From the NCBI RefSeq assembly GCF_009914755.1, contig NC_060925.1: a DNA stretch of 64,000 bases; one strand, given 5' to 3'. Of the stretch, positions 13,542-27,439 are shown one piece after another. Source of the stretch: the human T2T-CHM13v2.0 reference genome, Homo sapiens. Position 1 is the first letter of the stretch. Every line of letters begins with the position of its first letter. The translations under genes and the position numbers were made by a program. The notes under the pieces are model-generated. The model had not been told where the DNA came from. It saw only the letters and a list, made by a program, of their open reading frames with translations, and searched no databases.

Positions 13542-13665
13542 GTCCAGAGATGGTGGCTTACCCTGTAATCCCAGCACTTTGTGAGACAGAGGTGGGAAGA
13601 TCACTTGAGGCCAAGAGTTTGAGTCCAGCCTGAGCAACATAGACTCTATCTCTACAAAAATAAAC
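13542..13665 (+). mobile_element. Free left Alu monomer (FLAM-like)
   Basis: Single Alu left arm ending CTCTACAAAAATAAA. Confidence 0.8.
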
Positions 13666-13693
13666 ATTTTTCAAAAGAAATATATTTTTTAAA

Positions 13694-14031
<338 letters not shown>

Positions 14032-14356
14032 CTAGATGTATGCTTAGAAAAATGCTGTGGCCATAGGTGTAGGAGGTTGGACCAAGGACACACTTGGCAC
14101 AGGGCTGACTGCTGGGGGTCAGGGAGTAGAATGAACCACGTGTGAGAAGAGGAGGACTGAATGAAGAAGGTGACGGTGGGGAGTCATCACTTCAGAATGT
14201 ACCAGTATGGAAGCTGGAGCAGCTACTATATTTATCTCATAGGACTGAAGGCCGGAAAGAGAAAGAATTTAAATGACTTGCTCAAGGTCACATAGCTGGT
14301 TGGTGTAGCAGAAGAAGTGTGGGAACCCAGACCCAAACTAAATAACAGTCCACTAG

Positions 14357-14730
14357 TGATATGGTTTGGCTGTGTCCCCAACAAAATCTCATCTTGAATT
14401 GTAGTTCCCATTATCCCCTCATGTAGTGGGAGGGACCTGGTGGGAGGTAATTGAATCGTTGGGCAGTTACCCTCATGCTGCTGTTCTCGTGATAGTGAGT
14501 TCTAACACGATCTGATGGTTTTATAAGGAGCTTTTCCACCTTTTGCTGGGCACTTCTCCTTTCTGCCACCTTGTGAAGAAGGACAAGTTTGCTTCCCCTT
14601 CTGCCATGACTGTAAGTTTCCTGAGGCCTCCCCAGCCATGCTGAACTGTGAGTCAATTAAGCCTCTTTCCTTTATAAATTACACAGTCTTAGGTATGTCT
14701 TTATTAGCAGCATGAGAATGGACTAACGTA
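14357..14730 (+). mobile_element. THE1-family MaLR solo LTR
   Basis: TGATATGGTTTGGCTGTGTCCCC start, GAGAATGGACTAA end, 5-bp TSD ACTAG/CCTAG. Confidence 0.92.
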
Positions 14731-14806
14731 CCTAGTCATCCCACTTTCTTTTTTCCTGGAAAAGAGATCTTGGGAGTATCAAGAATGGATAATAATGTCT
14801 AACAAC

Positions 14807-15251
<445 letters not shown>

Positions 15252-15315
15252 TCATTAACTTGCTTTGTCATTTTCCCTATTCTCTGTTGTGATTATAAAA
15301 ATGGATGTTAGATCT

Positions 15316-15618
15316 CTGCATATACTCAGGAAATGGTTGCCACAATTAAGGTAAGAGACATATATAGACCACCTCCAAAAGTTTCCTCGTGACTCTTTGT
15401 TTCTTGGGGGTTTTGTTTGCTTTTGTAATAAGAAAATACAAGATCTACCTCTTAACAAATTTTTAAGTGCACAATACAGTCTTGTTAACTACAGTCACAA
15501 TTAAATTGCACAGCAGATCTCTAGAACTTACTCATCTCAAACTCATCAAGTTGTATACATTAAATGTGTACAGCCTTTTGTATATCAATTATACCTCAAT
15601 AAAGCTGTTTAAAAAAAG
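15316..15618 (+). mobile_element. Old L1M 3' end with inverted 5' segment
   Basis: 15316-15537 is L1M 3'UTR in reverse; 15538-15618 is the sense 3' terminus with AATAAA and A-tail; GTTAGATCT flanks both sides. Confidence 0.7.
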
Positions 15619-15721
15619 AGGTTAGATCTAGAAGGGATTTGGTCTAACGTTTAGTCCAGAGTTTTGCAACTGTGTGTCACAGCACAACAGGGAAGTACAG
15701 TCCCTCCAGAAGGGTGCTGCT

Positions 15722-16019
15722 GGCTGGGCATGGTGGCTCACGCCTGTAATCTCAGCACTTTGGAAGGCTGAGGTGGGTGAATCACCTGAGTTAGGGAGTT
15801 GGAGACCAAACTGGCCAACACGTGAAACCCCGTTTCTACTAAAAGTACAAAAATTAGCTGGGTGTGGTGGTGCTAACTTGTAATCCCAGCTACTGGGAAG
15901 GCTGAGGCACAAGAACCACTTGAACTCAGCAGACAGAGAGGTTGCAGTGAGCTGAGATTACACCACTGCACTCCAGCCTGGGCAACAGAGTGAGACTCCA
16001 TCTCAAAAAAAAAAAAAAA
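15722..16019 (+). mobile_element. AluS
   Basis: Full Alu, poly-A, TSD-like AAGGGTGCTGC/AAGCGTGCTGC. Confidence 0.93.
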
Positions 16020-17007
16020 GCGTGCTGCCAAATGTTCACTGATATGTCCATTTCTGTTATATGTGAATTGCCATTATGGCAATACTGTCCAACAGAATAC
16101 AGAATTGAGCAGGTCATGTGATCTGGTAAGAAGAGATCACTGGGACCAAGAGCTAAGGGGTATGACCTTTACCAAAACACACACGAGAATATTGGGAGCA
16201 GGCAAGAGAAGCCAAGGTCAGAGCAGATTCTACTGAAACAGCCGCCCAGAACTAAAGGGTGACTGTGCTTAGAGCCCTAAGAGGACACTGTTAACAGGCA
16301 CCGTGAGACTTTGCTGTACTGATATGATGATTATGGGGTGAATTCATGTGGTTCAGAGGCTTTTCATCCCTTCAGGGAGTACTACCAGAACTCCTAGTGT
16401 ACCTCAAATCCCAAAAAATTAAAACTACTCTTCTAGTCCATAGGGAAAGACCAGGTGACATGACACCAAACACGATTAGGACCCAGTTCTCTATCACGTA
16501 TCTACTACTAAAGCCATCCACATAAAAGACCTCCCATTTCGAAGTAGAACAATAATAAATATGAATTTTAAAATATGTAAGGTAATGCCTAAAAATCTAA
16601 ATTTAAAATAAAAGCACTGGTGATTTGAATGCCAGGGTTCCAAATAAAAATTTGATTTCAAATATTATTTTATTCGTTCCTCCAAATAAAATTTAAGAAG
16701 CTGATAGATGAGAAGCTTAGATTTGGTTATTTATAAATGACTCGAAGTTTTTTTAATGTCAAAGTCTCCAGAAGCAAGAGAAATACATTCAATATTAAGG
16801 AAATGATTACTTGGAATGAGCCAATTTCCATCTTAAGAAATTAACTTTCTGTATCAGACTCATCTTAAGGGTCTCCACAGATTTTCTCAGCCGCACTGTC
16901 TCTCAGGCCCTCAATTGCTTGCTTTGCTGTCAGGGTGACCAGCTTTGCACCAGCTAGAGTCTCTAGCTCCTACCACCAAGTCCAAATTTGGATGAAGCTC
17001 CACACCA

Positions 17008-17084
17008 CAAGGCATGGAATCTGGCTTCCCCAAGGCATGGAATCTAGCTTCCCCAGGGCATGGAATCTGGCTTCCCCGGGGCAT
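17008..17084. repeat. 23-bp minisatellite, 3.3 copies
   Basis: CAAGGCATGGAATCTGGCTTCCC units at 17008, 17031, 17054 plus a partial copy. Confidence 0.95.
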
Positions 17085-17192
17085 AACCAAAGGACTGGTC
17101 ATACAACCCAGAAGTGCCAGGGAGTTACTTTTCTAGGGCAGAACATTAACCAATTGGAGGCAAAGAGTGAGAGAGGAGTATTGGATAAATTG

Positions 17193-17345
17193 TCTCCCTT
17201 CCTTCCTTCCTTCCTTCCTTTGTTCTTCCTTTCTCTTTCTCTCTTTCTGCCTCCCTTTGTCTCTCTCTCTTTTTCTCTTTTTATCTCTCTCTCTCTTCCT
17301 CTCTCTTCTTTCTTTCTTTCTTTCATTATTTCCCTTTTCTCTCCC
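17193..17345. repeat. CT-rich polypyrimidine tract
   Basis: (CCTT)n/(CT)n/(CTTT)n mosaic. Confidence 0.9.
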
Positions 17346-17774
17346 CAACTTCTTTCTGCTGGGGGATTGTTTCTGTCTGTAGAGACTTGACTTTAAAGAG
17401 TAAACATATACACATTTAAGTGGTATTCATACACCCCCTTATCTAAGAATGGAGAATAGTACCTCTGAAGAATACTTAAATATGTAAATTTCAATGAGCA
17501 TAATTAGGACTTCAGTGGGACAAAATCACCATTTTTATCCTCTTCTTTGATGAATGCTGCATTGCTGAACTAAGAAAAGCAAGAAGACAGATGTGTATAA
17601 TGCCTTTACTTTTTCAGAGATAGGCCTTTAGTGCATTTGAAATTTCTCTGCATACTTTTTTATTGTAAAAACACGCGTTATCTTTATTACTATAGGTAAT
17701 AAAGAGAAGCCAAAATCCAAGGCGCCCACACCAAGCTCCTCAATGCCTTGGAAGATGTTCCAGCTTCCTCTTGT

Positions 17775-17919
17775 ACAGTATGTTAAGCATATCCTTGTGC
17801 CAGGTGCTGTTTTATATGCTTTATATACCTTCCTTTAGTTACTTTTTACAATGATCCAAGAAGTGGATGTTATTGTTACTTCCATTTTCCAGGGGAGAAA
17901 CTGATGCTCAGATTGCTTA
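17775..17919 (-). mobile_element. MIR fragment (host of the MLT2A LTR)
   Basis: TCCATTTTCCAGGGGAGAAACTGATGCTCAG core; resumes after 18430. Confidence 0.6.
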
Positions 17920-17924
17920 GGTAA

Positions 17925-18334
17925 TGTGGTGGTTAATACTGAGTGTCAACTTGATCAGATTGAAGAATACAAAGTATTGATCCTGGGTGTGTCTGGGAGG
18001 GTGTTGCCAAAGGAGATTAATATTTGAGTCAGTGGGCTGGGGAAGGCAGACCCACCCTTAATCTGGGTGGGCACAATCTAATCAGTTGCCAGTGAGGCTA
18101 GAATATAAGTAGGCAGAAAAATGTGAAAAAGAGACTGGCCTAGCTTCCTAGCCTACATCTTTCTCTCGTGCTGGATACTTCCTGCTCTTGAACTCCAAGT
18201 TCTCAGTTTTGGAATTCAGACTGGCTCTATTTGCTCCTTAGCTTGCAGATGGCCTATTGTGTGAACTTGTGACCGTGTGAGTTAATACTTAATAAACTCA
18301 TATATGTGTATATATATACACTCATATATGCATA

Positions 18335-18367
<33 letters not shown>

Positions 18368-18425
18368 CCTATTAGTTCTGTCCCTCTAGTCAGGGTCCCT
18401 CTAGGACATTACTCTGACTAACACA
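17925..18425 (+). mobile_element. MLT2A1-like ERVL solo LTR
   Basis: TGTGGTGGTTAATACTGAGTGTCAACTTGAT start, internal (TA/TG)n, CTGACTAACACA end, exact TSD GGTAA. Confidence 0.92.
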
Positions 18426-20914
18426 GGTAATGTCCGCCGTCACAAGGCATATCAAAGAAGCAAAGCTAATGGATTACAAAGTGCTTGCTCTCTGCCACAT
18501 TCTTACCCATGACTTCCATTCAGGGTGACAGGTGGCTACCACTCTCAGTTTGTAGGTAGGGAGCATAGGTGCCACCAGCATGAGGAGAATAGTGAAAATA
18601 GCACATGCTGCAGGAAAAGAAGCAGAGAATGATGCCACGTTGTCCCCATGTCCCTATCTCAGTGCTTTCACTCCTGGCCAGTCACCACCCTGTCATCTTC
18701 CCCCAGGGCAGATGTCAAAGTCAAGGTCCTAGAGAAAACCTTGGCCTCAGCCCTATCAGGTGGAAAGGAGGGGCGCTGGGGGAGAGAGCTCTTCCTTCCG
18801 TGGACCTCCGCAGCCCCAGGGGAGAGAAGGGGAAGGCCATTTGGGCACCGGCCATTTTTCTCTGTACCCCTGTATCTCACTTCAGTCTCCCATCACACAC
18901 CTCCAACCACAATTTAACCTACCACCTCCTCAGGTTCATCTGGGCTTTAGCAATTACTCCCTCACATTTTACTAAGACTTGTTTTAACTGCCGAGGGAAA
19001 ACAGACTCAACATGATGGACGCTAAAAAGTTCATAGGCAACTATTTTGGGGTTCTTTGGCCTTTGACTCCACTGCACCTGGGGCAGCAACCTTCCTGTTC
19101 CTTTCTGCCTTGCTAGCCAGGGTTTCCTAAGCTTTGCTCTGCCTCCTCTGCCTAACCCCCTCCTCTGGCTCTTGCTTCCTCTGTCCCTCCTCCCCACCCC
19201 AACCAAGTGTGCCAGGCTTGTCCCTGTGCTCATCAGCTCTGAGTCAGATTCCTACCCCTACCTTAGCGGCACCACTTCGAGTTAGGCCAAAGCACTGAAC
19301 AGGCCCTCTTGCAGTTCCCTGTTCCCAGGCGGGAGCCCCTAGCCCCTCTCTCCTCTCTTCCTCAGGCTTCTTAATGCCTCACACTCTTCCTTTCATTGAA
19401 AACCTGCAGAATAGAAAAACAAACAAACAAAAAACAGATACGCCATGGTGCAATTTATCTTTTTTTATTTATATGATAAATGTTTTCATGGCCTAATCTT
19501 TGTAAGGAACCAGGATAACATTTGACCTTTGGCTGGTGTTCCACCCCAGAGGACAGCATATCTTAAGGCAGGAGCAAGCAACTGCATGAATAGGGATGAA
19601 AAGCCACAGGACAGCTCAGGGCAATTGCTGGAGATTAATGTTCATGCAGGGAGGGGCAGACATGGGGACCAGAGGCTAGGCAGGGTCGAGGTCCTAGTGG
19701 GAAGGCGAGCCCTCCCAGGAACACATGCAGACTGCACCCTGTGCTCACCAGGAGCCAAGATACTTTTAGCTGGTATAATGACAAAATCTGAAATGCATTC
19801 TAACATGATACTTTTACTGAAGAGTGGGATAATATGGCATTTGTTATTGCCTGTCCTAGGAGGGGTTTATATTCTAATAAAAGTAAAAACTCAAGCTAAG
19901 CAAACTAAACCCTAGAATTCAGGAATCATTGTACAGGCAGGGCAGGGATTTGGGGGAAGATAGACACCTCAGCCCATGGAAATTACAACAGGAAAATCAC
20001 TCCCTACACCCACCCTCCTGCCTGTTCTCCAAAACTTGAAGAATAACATTACCAGCAGAAGGAAAAACCAGTCCCTGAATCCCACCCCCACCCCCATCCA
20101 GTTCCCTCCTTCTTTTGTTAAAGCTTTCTGTAGAGAGCAATGACTGAGAGGATCAAAGCATCTACTTCCTTCCCTTTGATGTGTGGTCTGAGACAGGCTC
20201 TGATGTCAGCCACGTGTTGTATTTCATTAGACCTGATATTAAGCTTCCTAGAGGTCAGGACGACCATGCTGCTTTAAGAACCAGGCTATAAGAAGGCTCA
20301 CTTTGCTGAAAATATCAGAGGTCTCAGCACCCCTTCAGACCCACTAGGAAATTATACAGGTAAAGAAGTTGGAGTGTCTTTTCTTGATCTTTACTGCTTT
20401 GTATTATGAGGCCTCTCTTCAAGCTTACTTTTCTGCCAGAACAGTCCATATTCTGCATTCTGAAATCATATTCCTTCCTCATGTCAAATTTTGGAGCTTC
20501 AAGCAGGTATGAAGAGGGCAAGTTTTGGAGAGAGCTCCTGCTTTCTCTAAAACTGAACCTCAGCTGATTTCAAGCCCTGGGTTATCCTCTGGCCAAGTAA
20601 GATGAGCTCTGGGTAATAGCATGAGATTTGCTAGTGGTATTTCAAGAACCAGAGTAGAAACTCTAATTAACCTCTCCCCAGAGTAAATTTTTAACCATAA
20701 ATTTTCTCCTGTTTGTAAAACAAGCGGTTTAAGCTGCACGTATGCCCCAGAGGAATAAATTTCATAGCACATCTTGATTTCAGGCTGCATTCAGAATTTG
20801 CTATGGGAAAGTGCTTTTAATGGAAAAACCGAGACTTTCATCTGAGTTAAGGCTGTTCATTTCCCAGGGCAGATTGAAGGCTCAGGCAAAGCCCTGGACC
20901 CATCTCTCCTGTGA

Positions 20915-21408
<494 letters not shown>

Positions 21409-22094
21409 CCTATTTTTTAATTTTCTATAACTTGATGAGAGTATCCTCTTTTCAGTGCTTAGGGCGTCTAATAGTCTTCATTAGCCCCAAATAGGAATAG
21501 GCCTCTTGACCCTTACCCCAAGCCTCCCTTTTTTGTCTCTGTGAGTCTCACAGCTGAGCCATTTACCTTCCTTCCTTCAGCTGTTTCTGGCCCTTTGGTC
21601 CTCTTAAGTCTTGCTCCTATTTGTGCAGAGCAAGGCAGATGCCCTTGCTTTGTCACTGTCCCTAAAAACAATTACAGAGCCCTTTCCTTTGTTGAGTTTT
21701 TTTCCCTGATAATTTTTTGGAGATGGATAAAACCAAGTGCAGGGAATTTGCTGCAGGCAGTCCTTGTTCTTGAAGTTCTTAGCAGATGGTGCAGATCTAG
21801 GCTCATGTCCTGGCTCTGCCTCTCAAAACCAGGTGGCCTTGGTGACTCCCCTAACCATTCTCAACCCAGTCTCCTCATCTGTAAAACTTACTTAGGGCAC
21901 TGTGTGAAGAGTAACTGAGGATCAAGTAAGGATTCAGAAGGCAGCTCTCTCACTTATCTGAGATAATTTCTCACTCCTCTTCCTCTCTCTCCCTCTAGTC
22001 TTCATTCTAGCCACAACAAACTGAAGATGGCATGTCCCATGCGGGCCTTTGCATGAGCCTTTCTCTGGCTAAAATGCCCTTTTTTCACTTCTCT

Positions 22095-22447
22095 GCTATG
22101 CTATCCTATCCTATTCTGTCCTGTCCTATACTGTTCTGTCTTGTCCTGTCTTGGCCTATCCTTTCTTGTCCTGTCTTGTCCGATCCGATCCTATCCTGTC
22201 CTGTCCTATCCTTTCTTGTTCTGTCTTGTGCTATCCTATCCCATCCCATCCCATCCCATCCCATCCCATCCCATCCTTTCTTATCCTATCCTGTCTTGTC
22301 CTGTCCTAGCCTAGCCCAGCCCAGCCCAGCCCAGCCCAGCCCAGCCCAGCCTAGCCTAGCCTAGCCTATCTTGACCTATCTTGTCCTATCTTATCCTACC
22401 CTGTCCTGTCCTATTTTATTCTATCCTGTAATGTCCTACGCTATCCT
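22095..22447. repeat. Compound pentanucleotide microsatellite
   Basis: Period-5 array of CTATC/CTGTC/CCATC/CCTAG/CCCAG blocks. Confidence 0.92.
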
Positions 22448-23618
22448 CAAAACTCAGCTCTATTTTCTCTGGGAAAGCTTCTCAGAGAGTTAGTTAACTC
22501 CCTCTCCAGTGATGCTGTAGTATTTCAAATGAACATTATGATGTGATAAGTACTGCAAGTTTGTCTACTTATTTCAACTAGACTAAGATCACTACAGAGC
22601 AGAGATCAAGTCTTTTGCAGTTTTCTAAATTTATGTGGCACTTCTGTTAATAATAATAGCTACCTTGAATTTACTATGTGCTAGGCAATGTGCTACTCAT
22701 TCATTTATTCATTCACTGACCCACAAATGTTTATTGAGTACCTGTGGTAGTCCGTAAAGCCTATTTTAAACGCTTACCATATGTGTGTCTCTATGCATCC
22801 AGAAAAGTTCAACACTTATAATTTTGAATAAAAATGATGTTTATGTCCATCTGCATAATGTACTAGTTAGTGGGCCTTCATAAATTGGTAAATTCTGTAA
22901 TTCTCAGCTCCGAATGCCAAACAGGATTAATAACGACAACAACAAAACTCTTTAGGACACATTATAATGAAAAGTAAGAGTATCAAAAACAGCTCTAGAG
23001 AGGAAAGGAAGACTGACTACAAAAGAATAAGAATCTGATTCATATCAGACTTAACACTGAAAACAAGAAGAACAAAAGGGTAGTTAATATCTTCAAAAAT
23101 GTACAAGGAAGAAAGGAACTTTGAATCTAAATTTTCTAATTTGCCATGGCCTGAGGAGGGTGCCATGAGTTGAGAAGTATAGTCATCTCATTTCTGTACC
23201 TTGAGGGTAAGTGAGAGCATGGAAAGCATAAGCCTGGGTAGGTATCACAGCTGAAGACCAAGAAAGACAGAAGTCTTGGTCCTCGAGACACTCTGTTCCC
23301 AGGATAATATATGTGATCTTAATGCCCGTTCCTCTGGTGCCAGCCTGTGGCACCAGTTAGGGTGGTGATAGTGGCAGTCAACCCCATATTTAATGTGCTG
23401 CCTAAAGTTCCACCGATAACTGACTTCATCACGCTCTCCTTCTTTCCTAATGATTGAAGTTAAATGGAACCCTAGGCGTTTCTAACCTAAAAGCGAGTGA
23501 TTAGGAAACATTTTTAATCACACTTACCATGCTCTATAGAAACTGTAAAGCTGGCCCAAAGAAACCAGCTAGAGTAGCCAGATTCCAAGTGTATATCACC
23601 AGATAACAGACCAATTTC

Positions 23619-23736
23619 TTTTTTTTCTTTTTCTTTTCTTTTTTTTTTTTTTTTTTTGAGACAGAGTCTCACTCTGCTGCCCAGGCTAGAGTGCAGTGGT
23701 GTGCAATCTCAGCTCACTGCAACCTCCACCTCCTGG
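23619..23736 (-). mobile_element. 5'-truncated Alu (right-arm 3' part)
   Basis: Long poly-T plus ~80 bp of Alu, TSD CCAATTTCT on both sides. Confidence 0.88.
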
Positions 23737-24189
23737 AGAACCCCAATTTCTGATCCCTCATCCTTGCCTATACTCTGGTGGTCAGATGTAACAGCAACAG
23801 AAATGGGGGTGGTGGAGGCAGGTGCTGTTCCTGGAGGCCCTAATAATCTGCTAAGCAGCAGCTGGAAGCAGACTTTCAGCTAATGCATATAACATTCTGG
23901 TTGCATCCAGTACCCTTTTGGTTTTGAGTAATACATCTCTTATTTAAGTAATATATTATCAGAGTTGTTACTTTTACTTTTGGCAAACCATAAAGAGGAA
24001 AAGTCAACCTACATGGTTTGGAGAGTAGAACATACATCAAACACAAAGACCAAACCTAAGCATTAGCAAAGAATTAGAAGAAAGAGATGCTTTGGTTGAA
24101 TAGGCAAAGTGCCAACCCTTAGTGGTTAGGCACTAAGCCAGGTGCTGGAGAACAAGACAGACCTATTCACTGGTCTCATAGTGTGCTAT

Positions 24190-24690
24190 ATAATTTTTTT
24201 AAATGAGTGCCATCAATTTTTTTCCTCCCTATATGTGCATAACTAGTGGGGTTTATTTCTCCTCCCCTTGGATTTATGACTACTTAAACCAATAAAATGC
24301 AGTAGAAGTGAAATCCTGGGACTTTTGACCCCAGGTTTTACAAAGACTTGCCATTTCCACTTTCTTCCTGTTGGAATCCAGCAACTATGCTGTAAGAAGC
24401 CAAGTCAAATGGAGAGGCTACATGGAAGGAATACTGAGGCCCTCCAGTCAACAGCCCTCACTGAATTTCCAGGCAACAGCCTGCATCAACTAACAGCTTT
24501 ATGGATAAGCTGTCTTAGACACACCAGCTGGTCCAGTCCCCAGATGACTGAAGCTCCAAACATCATTTAGAGGAGAAGAATCACCCAGCCTAGCCCAGTC
24601 ACCCTGCAGAATCATGAGAGTTAATAAAATCAATATTGTTTTAAGCCACTATTTGGTCATTTTTTATGATGGAGTAGATAATGAAAACAT
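24190..24690 (+). mobile_element. MLT1-family MaLR LTR
   Basis: CCAATAAAATGCAGTAGAAGTGA, CAGAATCATGAGAG, TTGTTTTAAGCCACTA, GTAGATAA end. Confidence 0.75.
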
Positions 24691-25653
24691 AATGCTTCTA
24701 GTGTAGCAGAGAAGAACGGCATTAAGTACAGTGGTAAAATGTGATGAGTGTCCAAGGTACTATGAGAGTATAGAATATGTCTCCAAGTTGAGATGTTAGT
24801 GTAGGAGTTAACCATTTATAAAAGAGATGTGGGTTCCAAAGTCATGGGCTTGTGTGAGGGCAAGAAAGAAAGAGTGCAGAGCTTTTCTAAGGAGCTGACG
24901 TAACTTTAGTGCCGCCTGATCCTGAAGTGTGAGGAAGAGGAATAAGATGAGAGAGGGAAGTATTATTTAGAATGTCATAAATATCATAAATGCAGTGGGG
25001 GGCCTTTGAAGCACTGTAAGCCTAGAAATAAAGTAACTGATTTTGTGATGTTTCATCTTGACTGAGGTATATGTGTGAGTACTAACAAATCCAGTAAATT
25101 TTTATTATACCTATTTTTAGATAGATAGATGGGAAAATGGGGACTCTTTTTGGGAGATTCCTCATCAGCACTCTTAGCTGGTTTGGGGCATATGGTACTT
25201 TTGTTCTTGGCTATGGGAGCTCTGGTCCCTAGGCTTGGCTGCCTTTGAGTTAGCTAATGAGTGGGACTGGGACTGATGGTTTCCACATGAGCTGCCTCTG
25301 AAAGGCTCTTGGCATGGACAGGTACAACTCCATCTCCAGTGTTAAACATTGTTGATCATCTATCCCAACAACCCACCAGAGACGCCTGCTGTCTTTCAGG
25401 AAATTCCATGCTCCTGGGCCAACCCCATTGTTTGAATGCCCCTGCACATCTCCCAGGGAGCTGCTCTAAAGCCTGGCCAGAAAGAAGAAATAGATACGGA
25501 CCCAATGTGACTGGAAAATTTGGGCAGGAAGCTATGAAATGAGATGCAACTTGGAAAAATACAGATTGCTACATCTGGGAGAGAAAATAATATGTCACTA
25601 GCAACCCCTGCAAGCACCATCACCAGATATAAAAATACATTTAAGCGTAGGAA

Positions 25654-25875
25654 CAGAGGTAGATTACGGTCAAGCTAACAAGGCTGAGACTTCAGACCCC
25701 TCAATTGTCTCAATTGTGTCGGCCCCTTCCAAGTGCTTGGGAGAGCCTAACAATGTGTTCTTCATATATTTTTGTAAATTTGCAAAGATATGCTATTTTA
25801 ACATTTATTTTTCTTAAATAGGGCTCCCCCAAATTGCATAAGCTTCATAGGACACAAAACCTGGATCTACCCCCA
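25654..25875. mobile_element. hAT (Tip100-like) non-autonomous DNA transposon
   Basis: Inverted termini CAGAGGTAGAT...ATCTACCCC; GGCCCCTTCCAAG and CACAAAACCTGGATC motifs. Confidence 0.55.
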
Positions 25876-27439
25876 GGGCAGGCTGAAATGTTCAGTAGCA
25901 AATCAACAACAATGTTGATGGTGCCCCTGCTAAATGAGAACCTCTCTTCCTAGCCCAGGAAACTCTGTTGGAATAGTTCCTTCAGACCAAATGTAATGAA
26001 GTTAGGTTCAAACTGCCAGGGCACATCACTGTATAAGGCTGTGGACAAATTCAGGGCTAGGTGTTTGCAGGCAAAGCTACAACATGACGTGATAAAGACT
26101 GATCTTTGGCACAGTCACGAAATCAGGGAAATACACTCTAACGCTACCCACATAGTGTTCCTCTCTCCTTTTCACCAGATTTTGCTTGGGTTTAAAAGCC
26201 CGATGGATTCTGTTCACACTGAATCCATCAGCTATAACTGACAATGGTCAAAAAGTGTTTGGAGACAGGGGTTGGTATCCTTATGTTACTGAAATTCGAA
26301 GCCTTAGAGTTAAAGAATTATATTCTACTAGTAGAATTAATTTCAGAAATGAAGAAGAACCCAAAGTATTTCTGAGAAGGCTTTTAAATCCACGGTGGGC
26401 TTAAGGGCAAGGCTGTCCCTCTGTAAGGGGTGACTCAAGCCTCCTTTTGGGAGTCTGCAAGGCACCACCTGAGGCAGCAGAAAGAAAGCTCAAAAGTACA
26501 TTTTTGAAATCTCATATGCAATTTTTATTCTATTCCATGCAGAAAAATGTTTCCAGCTATTTCCTGTTGAATAAAACTGACTGTATGAGAAGACGCAAAA
26601 CTATTATCCTGTGGTTCCCTGTCCCACCCTGCTATCTGTCACGGGCCCCCTTGGTTGTGTGTACCCCAGGTAGAGAAGCACACTTTCATTCATTTAGCAT
26701 GGAGCTTGCAGGAGCAGCTTTGGCTCAAGAGAAGGACTCTACAGCATGGGACACAAAGGAATATCCAGTATCTGGAAGAGTTTCATGCTTTCATATTTCA
26801 AATTACAATTCTACAGGGCTGTGCTTCTCAGCCTGTCCCTTAAGAGTGCACAGACATTTGGCAGAAAGAGCATCCCCCAACATGGCCAGGCTGGCTTTGC
26901 TAGAGGCACCATGGAGACATGAGGAATAGCATTATTAACAACAGAGATGTGCTGGGGCCTGGCTGAGCTTGGGCTCAGTGCTGAAGCCTGGAATCTGCCC
27001 CTTTACCGGTGATAACAAAATGCATCTCCCATTTGACTACTGGTGTTCTTGTCTGTGCTCCTTTATCTGAAGTTTACAGATATCACATTTACCAAACAAT
27101 AATAGCCTTCAAATTATTGAAGGTGGACACTAGACTCTTGACATTGAGGAAAAAGGTGACAAAAATGAGGTTTGTCTTTGATCCTTTCTGCCTAGTTTCC
27201 TGTCCCCTTCACTTTCTGTCCTTTGCCCCTCATAGGAGCTCCCTCTCCTCTGAGACATAGGACTCTACCAATGTAGACTTATAGTCAGCCCTCTAACCAT
27301 AGTGGAAAAAAAATGATCAGGAAATGTACATTGAGGTGTCTAGGACTTGGTGGCTAAATCCTCTTAGAAATACCCCCTGCAGTGAACATGGGAGAGCAGA
27401 TGTCTATATGAAACAGTGAATGCGCTACATATTAATACA

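Noticed and set aside
17008-17084. CRISPR-like direct repeats
   Set aside because: Units are contiguous with no spacers and the DNA is mammalian.
26447-26929. 160-aa ORF in unique sequence
   Set aside because: Non-ATG start, no recognisable domain, no supportable splice structure.
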